Below, in pieces: positions 1 to 9,026 of a DNA stretch of 32,000 nucleotides. Source of the DNA: Methanosphaera stadtmanae DSM 3091 (GTDB lineage Archaea; Methanobacteriota; Methanobacteria; Methanobacteriales; Methanobacteriaceae); the NCBI RefSeq assembly GCF_000012545.1, contig NC_007681.1, forward strand, positions 960,001 to 992,000. The letters are read 5' to 3'. Position 1 is the stretch's first letter. Each line of letters opens with the position of its first letter. Below the pieces are notes generated by a model. The model was not told the DNA's origin, made no database searches, and worked only from the letters and a program-made list of their open reading frames with translations. Made by a program: the position numbers and the translations under genes.

Positions 1-224
1 AAAATAATTCAACAAACAATATTTCAACTAGTGATAATAATTCTAGTTATAACTCAAGTAATGTAGATAATTCACAAAAAAACAATATAGAAACAAATGT
101 TCAGTCTAAAAACTCAATAGATAAACAAGCAAATACTCATAAAGCTTCAACACCAAGTAGTAGTGAAAATAATCCTACTAGTAGTAGTGATAATGTTGCA
201 CAACCTACTCCTAGTGATAGTTAA
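1..224 (+). CDS. 3' end of an ORF running in from the window edge (frame 3, stop TAA 222-224). Encodes a Ser/Asn/Thr-rich low-complexity tail, probably the C-terminus of a secreted or surface protein.
   Basis: Own translation: NNSTNNISTSDNNSSYNSSNVDNSQKNNIETNVQSKNSIDKQANTHKASTPSSSENNPTSSSDNVAQPTPSDS*. Open to the window edge. Absent from the ORF track because it has no start codon inside the window. Confidence 0.4.
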   Translation, partial: NNSTNNISTSDNNSSYNSSNVDNSQKNNIETNVQSKNSIDKQANTHKASTPSSSENNPTSSSDNVAQPTPSDS

Positions 225-487
225 TGTAGTACTACATCAAATTAGATTAAATTTTCTTTTTTCATTTTTTTATTGAAACTATTTTTTATAGAAATTATAT
301 AATTTTAAAAGATTAATCTTAAAATAAAATTTTTGTTTAACTTAATTGATATTTTAATAAAAATAGTTCATTCTTTATCAAAATAAATAAAATATTTTAT
401 ATAGAACAATTAATAAATTTTTAATTGTAATCCTTTAAATTAAATTTAATAAATATTGATTACAAAAAACCTGAAAATTTGATTAAA

Positions 488-958
488 ATGTCAACAAAGA
501 ATAAAAAAATTTATAAAATATTAAATATTCTTGAAACATATAATGAATGGAATGACCTAGAATACATATTTATTGACAAAACATTAACACTAACACCAGA
601 TATATATGACAATCTTCTAAAAAATAAAATTATTATAACTGAACATGAAAATAATCTTCACATGCTTGATGAAAACAAAGATACATACACCCTACTTGAC
701 TCCATACCTACAGTTGATTTAATAATCATGTCAAATAACATTAATAGCCTAACAAACAAGTACATTAAAAAGCTTATTGATGAAGATAATACTATTATTT
801 CAAAAATTCTATCAGATAATATGTATTATATTGCTGATATGAAAAAGAAATTACATATAATTATAACAAATAATAATACATTTGTTTTTAAGGGGTATGG
901 AGTTAATTTAAGACTATTAAATCATACAAAAAATAAGGAATATTTAAGTATCAACTAA
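488..958 (+). CDS. Hypothetical protein, no recognisable motif
   Basis: ORF track 479..958. The track start is TTG; the first ATG is at 488 (MSTKNKK...). No clear SD. The surrounding intergenic DNA is long and AT-rich. Confidence 0.45.
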   Translation: MSTKNKKIYKILNILETYNEWNDLEYIFIDKTLTLTPDIYDNLLKNKIIITEHENNLHMLDENKDTYTLLDSIPTVDLIIMSNNINSLTNKYIKKLIDEDNTIISKILSDNMYYIADMKKKLHIIITNNNTFVFKGYGVNLRLLNHTKNKEYLSIN

Positions 959-1431
959 CTTTCTATTTCATTAAGTAGATAATTTTAATATTTAGGTATA
1001 AATATAAAATATTAAAACTTAGATAAAATATTTTATAAAACAAGAAGTATTATTATTAATTAGATAATTTAACTAAAAAGTAAATTAATTTAAATACTTA
1101 AAAAGAAAAAATTAATTCATTAAAACTACTTGAATAATAATCCCAATTAAAAATTCAAATTTTGGCTGAATTACGTAAATGAACTGATTTAATAAAATAT
1201 AGCATAGACTAAATAAGTGCTTATTTCTATAAAAGATTATGGTATTTCTAATAAACTTACTTTAATTATTTCAATTAACTAATCAATTTAACACTTCTAT
1301 TTTTATTTCTTTTTTATTACATTTTTTTATTTAATACCTCTTTTAAAAATACTAGATATTTAATTTCATTCATAAACTATCTAACTAAATATTTAATACA
1401 ATAAAAAAATAAAAGAAATAAATAGATTAAC

Positions 1432-1857
1432 ATGAACTTAAATTTTGATTATTTAACTTCAACAATTATTGGATTATTTATTGGAAGTCTTGTATTATTT
1501 TTAGGACGATTATTAAGTTTTCCTATAAGTGGAATCTTATTAGCAATTATAATATCTGCCCTAAGTGCATCATTCCTATATAATCCCTCTAATAAAAGAA
1601 ATCCTAATCATAGAACTTTAAGAGGTACTATGTCTAGTTTCTTATTATGTTTAATCTTCAGCATATTTCTAACAGGATACTATATACCAAAATTTAGTAG
1701 TATATTAGGTACTGCTGATATATCACTTGGATTATCATTAGTTATTGTTTTATTAATCACAGTTATTGGTGGTATAATACTTGGATCTTTTGGTGGAAGT
1801 ATAGGATCTACTTTTAGAGACCTAGTTTCTGTTATTTATACTGAAAAAAGAAAATAA
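1432..1857 (+). CDS. Small integral membrane protein (about 4 predicted TM helices), function unknown
   Basis: 141 aa with four hydrophobic stretches (IIGLFIGSLVLFLG, GILLAIIISALSASFL, FLLCLIFSIFLTGYYI, LSLVIVLLITVIGGIILGSFGG). Confidence 0.55.
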   Translation: MNLNFDYLTSTIIGLFIGSLVLFLGRLLSFPISGILLAIIISALSASFLYNPSNKRNPNHRTLRGTMSSFLLCLIFSIFLTGYYIPKFSSILGTADISLGLSLVIVLLITVIGGIILGSFGGSIGSTFRDLVSVIYTEKRK

Positions 1858-1977
1858 GGAACTAATCAAATATTATTAAATCTTTTTTTTATACTTTTTT
1901 TATTATATTTATCTGATAAACTTTTAAATATTAAAAATATCAATATTAATATGTACAAAATTTAAGGATAGTAACAA

Positions 1978-3480
1978 ATGAACTCATTTACTATAAATAA
2001 AATAAAAACAAATGAACTTAAAACAATTGGTCATTATACTGGCTATGTATGTATAGTTATTGGACTATTTATGATAATTCCAATAATATGTGCAATAATA
2101 TTTCATGATGAAGTAAAATACTTGAATTCATTTGTATCTTCTTCAATTATATGTGTAGCAATTGGATTTTTATTATGGGTTGGTTTTAGTAAAAAAAACT
2201 TAACACACCTATCCTTAAAAGGATCCCTAATTTTTGTTCTGAGTATATGGGGACTAACAGCATTAGCAGCAGGTCTTCCATATGTCATTTCTGGAGATTT
2301 AAATATACTCGATGCTTTTTTTGAAGGAATGTCTGGTATTACAACAACAGGATTTTCTCTCCTTCCACCATGTGAACATCCATTTTCTGTTGCAATATGG
2401 GCTTCATTAACACAATGGCTTGGAGGATTAGGTATCATAGTTTTATTACTTGTTGTTGTTCCATCATCTGTGAGTTTAAAAAGATTATACTTTGCAGAGG
2501 GAAGAACAGAACAAATGACACCTAATATAAAACATACAACAATAATCTTTATAAAATTATATTTACTATTAACATCAATTGGAATTATATTATACCTACT
2601 AGCAGGACTAAATCTATTTGATGCAATATGTTATTGTTTCTGTGGAATTGCAACAGGTGGTTTTTCTGTACATCCAGCAAGTGTACAATACTTTCAAACA
2701 CCAATTATACAACTTATAACAATGTGTATTATGATATTAGGTGGTTTAAACTTTGTAGTAATATATCGTGTTATTAAAGGTGCATGGAGAAATCTTTACA
2801 AAGACATTGAAATTAAAGCATTTGCATTTCTTGTAATATCTTCAACATTACTTATTGGATTATCATTATATTTCCAAGGATTCTACAATCACGATATATT
2901 AATTATACTTAGACATTCACTATTTCAAGTTGTGTCAGTTATTACATCAACAGGTTTTTCCAGTACAAGTATTGATAATTGGTCACCACTTTGTTATACA
3001 GTTCTGATATTATTAATGTTTACTGGAAGTTCCATATGTTCTACTAGTGGAGGAATTAAGCTATATAATATAGTTATACTCTTTAAAGCAATATGGTGGG
3101 AAGTTAAAAGTATGATACTTCCAAAAAATACCATTATAATTAAAAAAGTATTCCATGATAATAAGTACCGTGATGTATCAGATAAAACTATAAAAACAAT
3201 ACTCATCTATGTAATATCATACATTCTTATATTCATAGCGAGTTTTATAGTAATAGCAATCTTTTGTAATGACTTCCAGATAGCATTTACAATTACAGCT
3301 TCATCCCTTGGTAATACTGGACTTGCACCAACATATCTTTCAGTATCAACACCACTTATTGTGAAAATTGTTATGATTATAGATTTCTGGGCAGGTAGGA
3401 TTGGAGTATGGCCATTATTACTATCAATAGTATATACAACCAACATAATTCAAGGAAAAATAGAAGAACATAGAGAATAA
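1978..3480 (+). CDS. trkH: TrkH/KtrB-family potassium uptake transporter
   Basis: 500 aa polytopic membrane protein with four degenerate K+-filter-like P-loop motifs typical of the Trk/Ktr/HKT superfamily: MSGITTTGFS, GIATGGFS, ITSTGFSS, LGNTGLAP. Confidence 0.85.
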   Translation: MNSFTINKIKTNELKTIGHYTGYVCIVIGLFMIIPIICAIIFHDEVKYLNSFVSSSIICVAIGFLLWVGFSKKNLTHLSLKGSLIFVLSIWGLTALAAGLPYVISGDLNILDAFFEGMSGITTTGFSLLPPCEHPFSVAIWASLTQWLGGLGIIVLLLVVVPSSVSLKRLYFAEGRTEQMTPNIKHTTIIFIKLYLLLTSIGIILYLLAGLNLFDAICYCFCGIATGGFSVHPASVQYFQTPIIQLITMCIMILGGLNFVVIYRVIKGAWRNLYKDIEIKAFAFLVISSTLLIGLSLYFQGFYNHDILIILRHSLFQVVSVITSTGFSSTSIDNWSPLCYTVLILLMFTGSSICSTSGGIKLYNIVILFKAIWWEVKSMILPKNTIIIKKVFHDNKYRDVSDKTIKTILIYVISYILIFIASFIVIAIFCNDFQIAFTITASSLGNTGLAPTYLSVSTPLIVKIVMIIDFWAGRIGVWPLLLSIVYTTNIIQGKIEEHRE

Positions 3481-3500
3481 AAATAGCAGATTATATAATA

Positions 3501-3525
3501 AAAAGGAGATGATGAAACTCCTTTT
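3501..3525. terminator. Hairpin between convergent genes (AAAAGGAG-N9-CTCCTTTT) followed by T-runs
   Basis: Inverted repeat 3501-3508 / 3518-3525 read directly. It lies between the trkH stop (3480) and the stop of the minus-strand gene (3549), and is followed by ttttt and tttttt runs. Confidence 0.45.
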
Positions 3526-3548
3526 TATGAACTTTTTTTAAAATAAAT

Positions 3549-3941
3549 TTAAGTTATTTCTTTATCATTTACTTCACGTTTATAATTAGATGCACTACCT
3601 AATGTATAACCTAAAGTAAAGTAGAAACTTGTTTCTTCATCAGAAATATTCCAATTTTTATCAGATTTAAGAAGTGATATTGATGCTTCTTCTTCAAGTT
3701 CCTTAAATATAGCATCATATTTACGAATTTCATTAATCATAACAGGATATATTGCCCTTATTTTTTCATGACTTAGATTTATATCATAAATTTTATTTAG
3801 AAATGGTGTTTTTTCTAGATTCTTATATTCAATATGCGTTAATTTTCTTGTTAAAAATCCAAGTAAGTATGCAGATTTTTTATCATCACTTACTAAAATT
3901 TCATCGAGAACATACCTATGTTCTATAGTTAAATTATTCAT
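3549..3941 (-). CDS. Hypothetical soluble protein (130 aa), last gene of the K+-channel operon
   Basis: ORF track 3549..3971. The SD-supported start is ATG 3941 (GGAAGGT-ataat-ATG, MNNLTIEH...). It lies 13 nt after the stop of the upstream gene. Ends in a FYFTLGYTLG motif. No family recognised. Confidence 0.6.
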   Translation of the reverse strand: MNNLTIEHRYVLDEILVSDDKKSAYLLGFLTRKLTHIEYKNLEKTPFLNKIYDINLSHEKIRAIYPVMINEIRKYDAIFKELEEEASISLLKSDKNWNISDEETSFYFTLGYTLGSASNYKREVNDKEIT

Positions 3942-3954
3942 ATTATACCTTCCT

Positions 3955-4458
3955 TTAAAATATCTTATCAATCACACTAGTTATTTTTAATACATCATTA
4001 TCTGATTTACCCAATCGTTTCATTGACTTGGCTGCAGCTTCCACTGGAGTATCATGTTCTTCCATCATATATTGACTAACATATGTAATAAACATTCTAA
4101 ATTCCATTTTACTACTAAATGTTTTTCTTAACAACTTATCAATATCTTTTTCCTCTTCAACAGTGGCAAAATTATTCTCATCCCTCATTCCATTTAATGC
4201 CTTGTTAATAGTATCTAAATCATGATACTTAAGAAGCTCATCAAGAAATGCTTCATTCATACGTTTACGATTATCTGTATGTTTACGAATTTTTTTATCA
4301 GACTGCATTCTTTCAAGAAAACCATCATAGAATACTTCTACTTCAGGTTCTGTTTTAAATAATACTTGAACAACATCTAACAAATTTGTATCCACATTTA
4401 ATCCCACAAATTCTTCATCATCCTCTTGTTCCATTTTCTTAACTTCTTCAGGTTTCAT
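3955..4458 (-). CDS. Hypothetical acidic soluble protein (167 aa), third gene of the K+-channel operon
   Basis: ORF track 3955..4527. The SD-supported start is ATG 4458 (AGGAGGA-N9-ATG, MKPEEVKKMEQEDDEEF...), 1 nt after the stop of the upstream channel gene (4460). The longer track start would overlap the channel gene. Confidence 0.6.
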   Translation of the reverse strand: MKPEEVKKMEQEDDEEFVGLNVDTNLLDVVQVLFKTEPEVEVFYDGFLERMQSDKKIRKHTDNRKRMNEAFLDELLKYHDLDTINKALNGMRDENNFATVEEEKDIDKLLRKTFSSKMEFRMFITYVSQYMMEEHDTPVEAAAKSMKRLGKSDNDVLKITSVIDKIF

Positions 4459-4459
4459 T

Positions 4460-5332
4460 CTATGAATCCTCCTCTTTTTCATATTTTTGATTATCAATAT
4501 TATCCTTAAGTATTTGTGTAATCTCATCTAACTTAGTTTGTAATTCCTCAACATCCCTATCAAGACTATCAACTTTTTTTTGTAGAGATCTATTTCTATT
4601 TTTTAGATGTTTAATATATGATTTAACTAAAAGACGAGTTTTTTCCTCTGGTTTTTCCATATACAATGAAGACATTGCAGCAGTAAAAATACTTAAAAAC
4701 AACACCCCCATTATTATAGTTATAATACCAATTAATTTACCTTCAGTTGATATTGGAGTAATATCACCATAACCAACACCAGACAATGTTACAATATTAT
4801 ACCATAATGAATCAAAGAAGTTTGTAAATGATGGATCAATATTTTGAAGTATTATAGAAGATAATATTGTATAAAATACTAAAATAAATGTTAATACTTT
4901 TAATAATCTATTTTGAACAAAATATTTTAAAGACCCATAATCAAATCTTCTAAGAGCATATATCTTAAATATTTGAAATAATTGTAATAGACTTATTAAA
5001 CGAACAAGTCTAAATACTGCAAAAAATCTTAAAAATATGAAATTAAATGGTATCATTGAAAGTATATCTATAACATGTGTTTTTATAAAATCTAATAAAT
5101 TTTTATCAGACTTTCTATATATAGTAATCAGATTAAGAAACAATAAAAAACATACAAATAAATCAAAGATAGACATGAATAACAATTCATCATAGGAAAC
5201 ATTGTATATTGTTATTATAAATATAAATATTAAATCTATAACTGTAACAATAATCAATATGAAATTTTTTATTTCAGTAAATAATTTCCTATTTTCCTCA
5301 GATATATGTATATTTAAAAAATTCATTTTCAT
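4460..5332 (-). CDS. 6TM voltage-sensor-type potassium channel (Ion_trans family) with a C-terminal coiled coil
   Basis: K+ selectivity filter LSGVGYGDITP. S4-like segment FRLVRLISLLQ. Six hydrophobic helices. C-terminal heptad-rich tail (LQKKVDSLDRDVEELQTKLDEITQILKD). Confidence 0.8.
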   Translation of the reverse strand: MKMNFLNIHISEENRKLFTEIKNFILIIVTVIDLIFIFIITIYNVSYDELLFMSIFDLFVCFLLFLNLITIYRKSDKNLLDFIKTHVIDILSMIPFNFIFLRFFAVFRLVRLISLLQLFQIFKIYALRRFDYGSLKYFVQNRLLKVLTFILVFYTILSSIILQNIDPSFTNFFDSLWYNIVTLSGVGYGDITPISTEGKLIGIITIIMGVLFLSIFTAAMSSLYMEKPEEKTRLLVKSYIKHLKNRNRSLQKKVDSLDRDVEELQTKLDEITQILKDNIDNQKYEKEEDS

Positions 5333-5414
5333 TAATTTCCTAAAAACTATTTTTTTTTTAATATGTTAATATATTTTTATAAAAAAATAAAAGTTTTACT
5401 ATCTATAATTTAAA

Positions 5415-6215
5415 TTATTTTTTAATTAACTTTATAACTTCATCCATATTATCCTCTAAATAAGAAACATCTTTTTTTATAGATGATAATTTATCCTCTA
5501 TTTTCATAAATTTATCTTCAATTTCATCTGTAGCCTTCTCCAAACCATCCACATACTTAAATACATATCTTCTTTTATTTCTCATGGGTTTTTCATTATA
5601 TTTTGTTGTAAGATAAGCTGTGAATATGGAAATAAGAAAAACACCCATGATTATTGTAAATAATGTGAAAATTTTACTTATAAAACGTAGCGGAACAATA
5701 TCACCATAACCTACAGTAGTCATTGAAACAATATCAAACCATAAACTCTCAAATAAACCATTAAATCCATAATCATAATGTCCTATAAATGATGATACAA
5801 TAAAAAAGTAAATTATTGTAAAGATTATACTTATAAATAATAGATTTTCTAGAATATACCCCTTATTTTTAAGACGATCATTATTTGGAACTAATATTTT
5901 ATATATCTTATATAACTTTAGAAATCTAAGTAATCCCAGTGGATAAAACAATTCAATGGGCACTATTGAAATAATATCTAGAATATGATGCTTAGCAAAG
6001 GAGATATTCTCTTCCTTTGAATATTTATAAATAACTAATAAATCAAGAATTAATAAAAAACATGTTATTTTATCAAATATGTAAATGAATTTTAATTCCA
6101 TAGATGTATGTGTAAAAGGTCCTATAACAATAAATACAATGTCAAGAAGAACAAATGTAAATAAACTAACAATATGTAAATGAAACATTCTTCTAGTTCT
6201 AACTATTTTATACAT
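5415..6215 (-). CDS. 6TM voltage-sensor-type potassium channel, paralog of 4460..5332, with a C-terminal coiled coil
   Basis: Selectivity filter MTTVGYGDIVP. The S4-like segment LRFLKLYKIYK carries a basic residue at every third position. C-terminal coiled-coil-like tail (IEDKFMKIEDKLSSIKKDVSYLEDNMDEVIKLIKK). Confidence 0.8.
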   Translation of the reverse strand: MYKIVRTRRMFHLHIVSLFTFVLLDIVFIVIGPFTHTSMELKFIYIFDKITCFLLILDLLVIYKYSKEENISFAKHHILDIISIVPIELFYPLGLLRFLKLYKIYKILVPNNDRLKNKGYILENLLFISIIFTIIYFFIVSSFIGHYDYGFNGLFESLWFDIVSMTTVGYGDIVPLRFISKIFTLFTIIMGVFLISIFTAYLTTKYNEKPMRNKRRYVFKYVDGLEKATDEIEDKFMKIEDKLSSIKKDVSYLEDNMDEVIKLIKK

Positions 6216-6404
6216 TGATAAAACCTTCTAATTATTATTTAATATTTTTAAAATTATATTATATTAATATTTTAGAAAAATTCTAAATTTATAAATTAAA
6301 TATAGTTATAATAAATTACATTAGATATAAAAATAAAATCTATATTAAATAAACTTTAAAAAAAATATCAAGTTTATAAAAAAAATATTAATTGAAGTGT
6401 AAAC

Positions 6405-8588
6405 ATGAAAAATAAAACTATTATTTTCTCAATTATTATAATTATTTCATTAATTAGTCTAAGTACTCTTTCTGCAACAAACATTGACTCTACTGACACA
6501 CCTATTCATGAAAAACAAACAAACACCCAACAAGTTAACATAAAACTTCCAACTAATAAAATCATTGAAGAAACAACAAATGTTAATAAAAAAGATATAG
6601 TAAAGAAAAATAAAACCACAAAAAAACAAATAAATAAAACCCATTCAATAAATAAAACAAAAAAAGATAACAATAAAACTCAAACAATTAAAACAAAAAC
6701 TAACATTACAAAATCATACAATGATTCTCTTAAAAATTCAGCATGTTGTTCTGTAGTAATACAAGTATCTGACAAGGAATCTATCATATCATTTAGACGT
6801 GATTCATCATATCGTGCAACAATAACCATTGAAAAAACAAAATGGTATGGTACTAACATAACACGTCAATTAAAAACACAGAATGGATACTTCACCCATG
6901 TTATTGTTACACAAGATGGTTGGGTAATGGGATTTGGTGGAAGTGACAAAATAAAAACACAAGCAGATATTGTTAAAACTGCAGGAGAAATGTATTCTAA
7001 AAGAAATATATCATACAGTGGTATGAGTAAAATATTTAATCTACTAAAAACATTAAATATTGGACATACTGTCATTAAATCTCCAAATGGAACAGTAGGT
7101 GTTGCAGCATATAATTCTGGTGGAAAATATCTGATAACCAAAATAAATAATGGTGGTTATGTATGTATTCCAAACAATTTCAAATACTATCATACTGGTA
7201 GCTATTCAAAATATGCACAAAATTCAATAGATGCAGCTATTCAAATTGCAGGACATGATGTTTATGGTATTAACAGACGAAATATTATAACATACCATAG
7301 TACAATTTCATCAAATAATCAAAAACTAAATGTTTATGTAACAAATGATGATGGTAGATATGTTTCAAAATCAACATATAATCTAAAAGATCCAATAAAT
7401 TTTATTGGAAAAACTATTGATACAAGTCAAATACCAAGAATTCCAAATAAGAAATTCATAGGCTCAATTGAATATAAATCACCAACACCACCAATACCAT
7501 CCACATATATTATAACAAATAATGCTAAATATAATAACAATATTTATAATGTATTTAATCGTATAAACAAGTATGCTAACAGTAACAATGTATATAATCT
7601 AAACTTTAAAAAAGGCATATACTACTTTGATGGTATAGAAAATAACACTCTTAAAATAGGAAATAAGAATATAAAAAATGTTACAATAATTATGAATGGA
7701 AATAACAGTATTTTCAGTGGTAAAGATAAAACAAGAATAATAGATATAGTTTCAAATTTCAATGTGATTATTAAAAATATTTCATTTGTAAATGGAAATA
7801 GTACTAATGGTGGAGCTATATCTAACAATGGAAATCTTTCAATAGTATCATGTGTATTTAAAAATAACAAAGCATCAAATGGAGGGGCAATATATAATCA
7901 TGGTATATTAAATGTTGATTCATCAGTATTTACATATAACACGGGAATAGTTGCTAAATCAATCTACAATAATGGAAGTATTATATCAATTAACAATAAC
8001 TGGTGGGGATTAAATAATCCTGATTGGAGTAAGTTACTCTATAATATGAAAAAACCTGATACATATGTTGTTATGAAATTTACTAATGTAACTTCATACT
8101 ATGATTCTGAGATGATGTTTAAAGCAACACTCAATCAACTAAATAATCATAAAACAATTACAACTATTCCAATAAGAGAAATTAAATTATACAGTAGTCT
8201 AAGTAATGTTCAATTTAAAATTAAAATTAATCAGAAAGCAATATTTTCATATTGTGCACCTCCAGCAACTGTTAAAGTTAAAATTGATGAACAGGAAATG
8301 GCTTATACTATAAATAAAATTAACTTAAAAGTTTCACTTATAGGTTCAGATAAAATACAGATAAAAGTTACAGATAGATATAACAAAACAGTGCCCATAG
8401 GTAATGTTGTAGTTAATATAAATGGTAAGAACATAGTTGAAAAAACAGCACTTTTCAATGTTACAAATGGTGTTACACATGTAACAATTCCATCTTCAAT
8501 AAGAAGTTCAAAGTACACTGTTACCACAACATATCTTCAAAATAATATATATCCTCAAACATCAACTAAAACAACACTAATGGTGTAA
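6405..8588 (+). CDS. Secreted Asn/Thr-rich adhesin-like protein. Order of parts: signal peptide, Lys/Asn/Thr linker, Ntn-hydrolase-like domain, beta-helix (PbH1/Pmp-type GGAI) repeats, C-terminal Ig-like module.
   Basis: N-terminal signal sequence (IIFSIIIIISLISLSTLSA/TN). GGAI-type repeats (NGGAISNNGNLSIVSCVFKNNKASNGGAIYNHGILNVDSSVF). The C-terminal module resembles the Ig-like repeats of the next gene. Confidence 0.8.
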   Translation: MKNKTIIFSIIIIISLISLSTLSATNIDSTDTPIHEKQTNTQQVNIKLPTNKIIEETTNVNKKDIVKKNKTTKKQINKTHSINKTKKDNNKTQTIKTKTNITKSYNDSLKNSACCSVVIQVSDKESIISFRRDSSYRATITIEKTKWYGTNITRQLKTQNGYFTHVIVTQDGWVMGFGGSDKIKTQADIVKTAGEMYSKRNISYSGMSKIFNLLKTLNIGHTVIKSPNGTVGVAAYNSGGKYLITKINNGGYVCIPNNFKYYHTGSYSKYAQNSIDAAIQIAGHDVYGINRRNIITYHSTISSNNQKLNVYVTNDDGRYVSKSTYNLKDPINFIGKTIDTSQIPRIPNKKFIGSIEYKSPTPPIPSTYIITNNAKYNNNIYNVFNRINKYANSNNVYNLNFKKGIYYFDGIENNTLKIGNKNIKNVTIIMNGNNSIFSGKDKTRIIDIVSNFNVIIKNISFVNGNSTNGGAISNNGNLSIVSCVFKNNKASNGGAIYNHGILNVDSSVFTYNTGIVAKSIYNNGSIISINNNWWGLNNPDWSKLLYNMKKPDTYVVMKFTNVTSYYDSEMMFKATLNQLNNHKTITTIPIREIKLYSSLSNVQFKIKINQKAIFSYCAPPATVKVKIDEQEMAYTINKINLKVSLIGSDKIQIKVTDRYNKTVPIGNVVVNINGKNIVEKTALFNVTNGVTHVTIPSSIRSSKYTVTTTYLQNNIYPQTSTKTTLMV

Positions 8589-9026
8589 TTACCTACACCT
8601 ACCTTTTTTTTAAAATTATTAATTAAATAAAATTATTCTAAAAAAAACATGTGTCTATACTTATTAATGCTTATTTCATATAATCTAGAGGTTTTTTTAG
8701 AAATTATAAAAATAATACCACAGAAATTTATATATGACACAAATATAATACTACTTCCATATTAGAAAATATGAATTTCACCATTTATTTAATTTAAAAT
8801 CATTGTTAATGTCTATTTTTCCAAAGTATCTAAAACCAATTAGAAATTCTAGTTCTATTTTTAGATTATTATTCGTAATAGATAATATTATTCCAAATTT
8901 ATTGATTTTTTTCATAAAACTATAATTATTAAATATCAATTAAAATATATACATAATATGTTAATATAAATAAATTATTTTTGAATAATTATATTAGATT
9001 AATATATAGATTAAATGGAGATAAAC

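Noticed and set aside
2103-3446. Three minus-strand ORFs (2103..2438, 2994..3206, 3207..3446) inside trkH
   Set aside because: They are entirely antisense to a well-supported membrane transporter gene. They have no SD, and their composition is typical of mirror-frame ORFs in AT-rich coding DNA.
6560-6720. Apparent repetitive DNA (aaaacaa / aataaaac units) that might look like a tandem repeat or CRISPR-like array
   Set aside because: It is in frame within the 727-aa ORF and encodes a Lys/Asn/Thr-rich low-complexity linker (KKNKTTKKQINKTHSINKTKKDNNKTQTIKTKTN). There is no fixed repeat unit or spacer structure.
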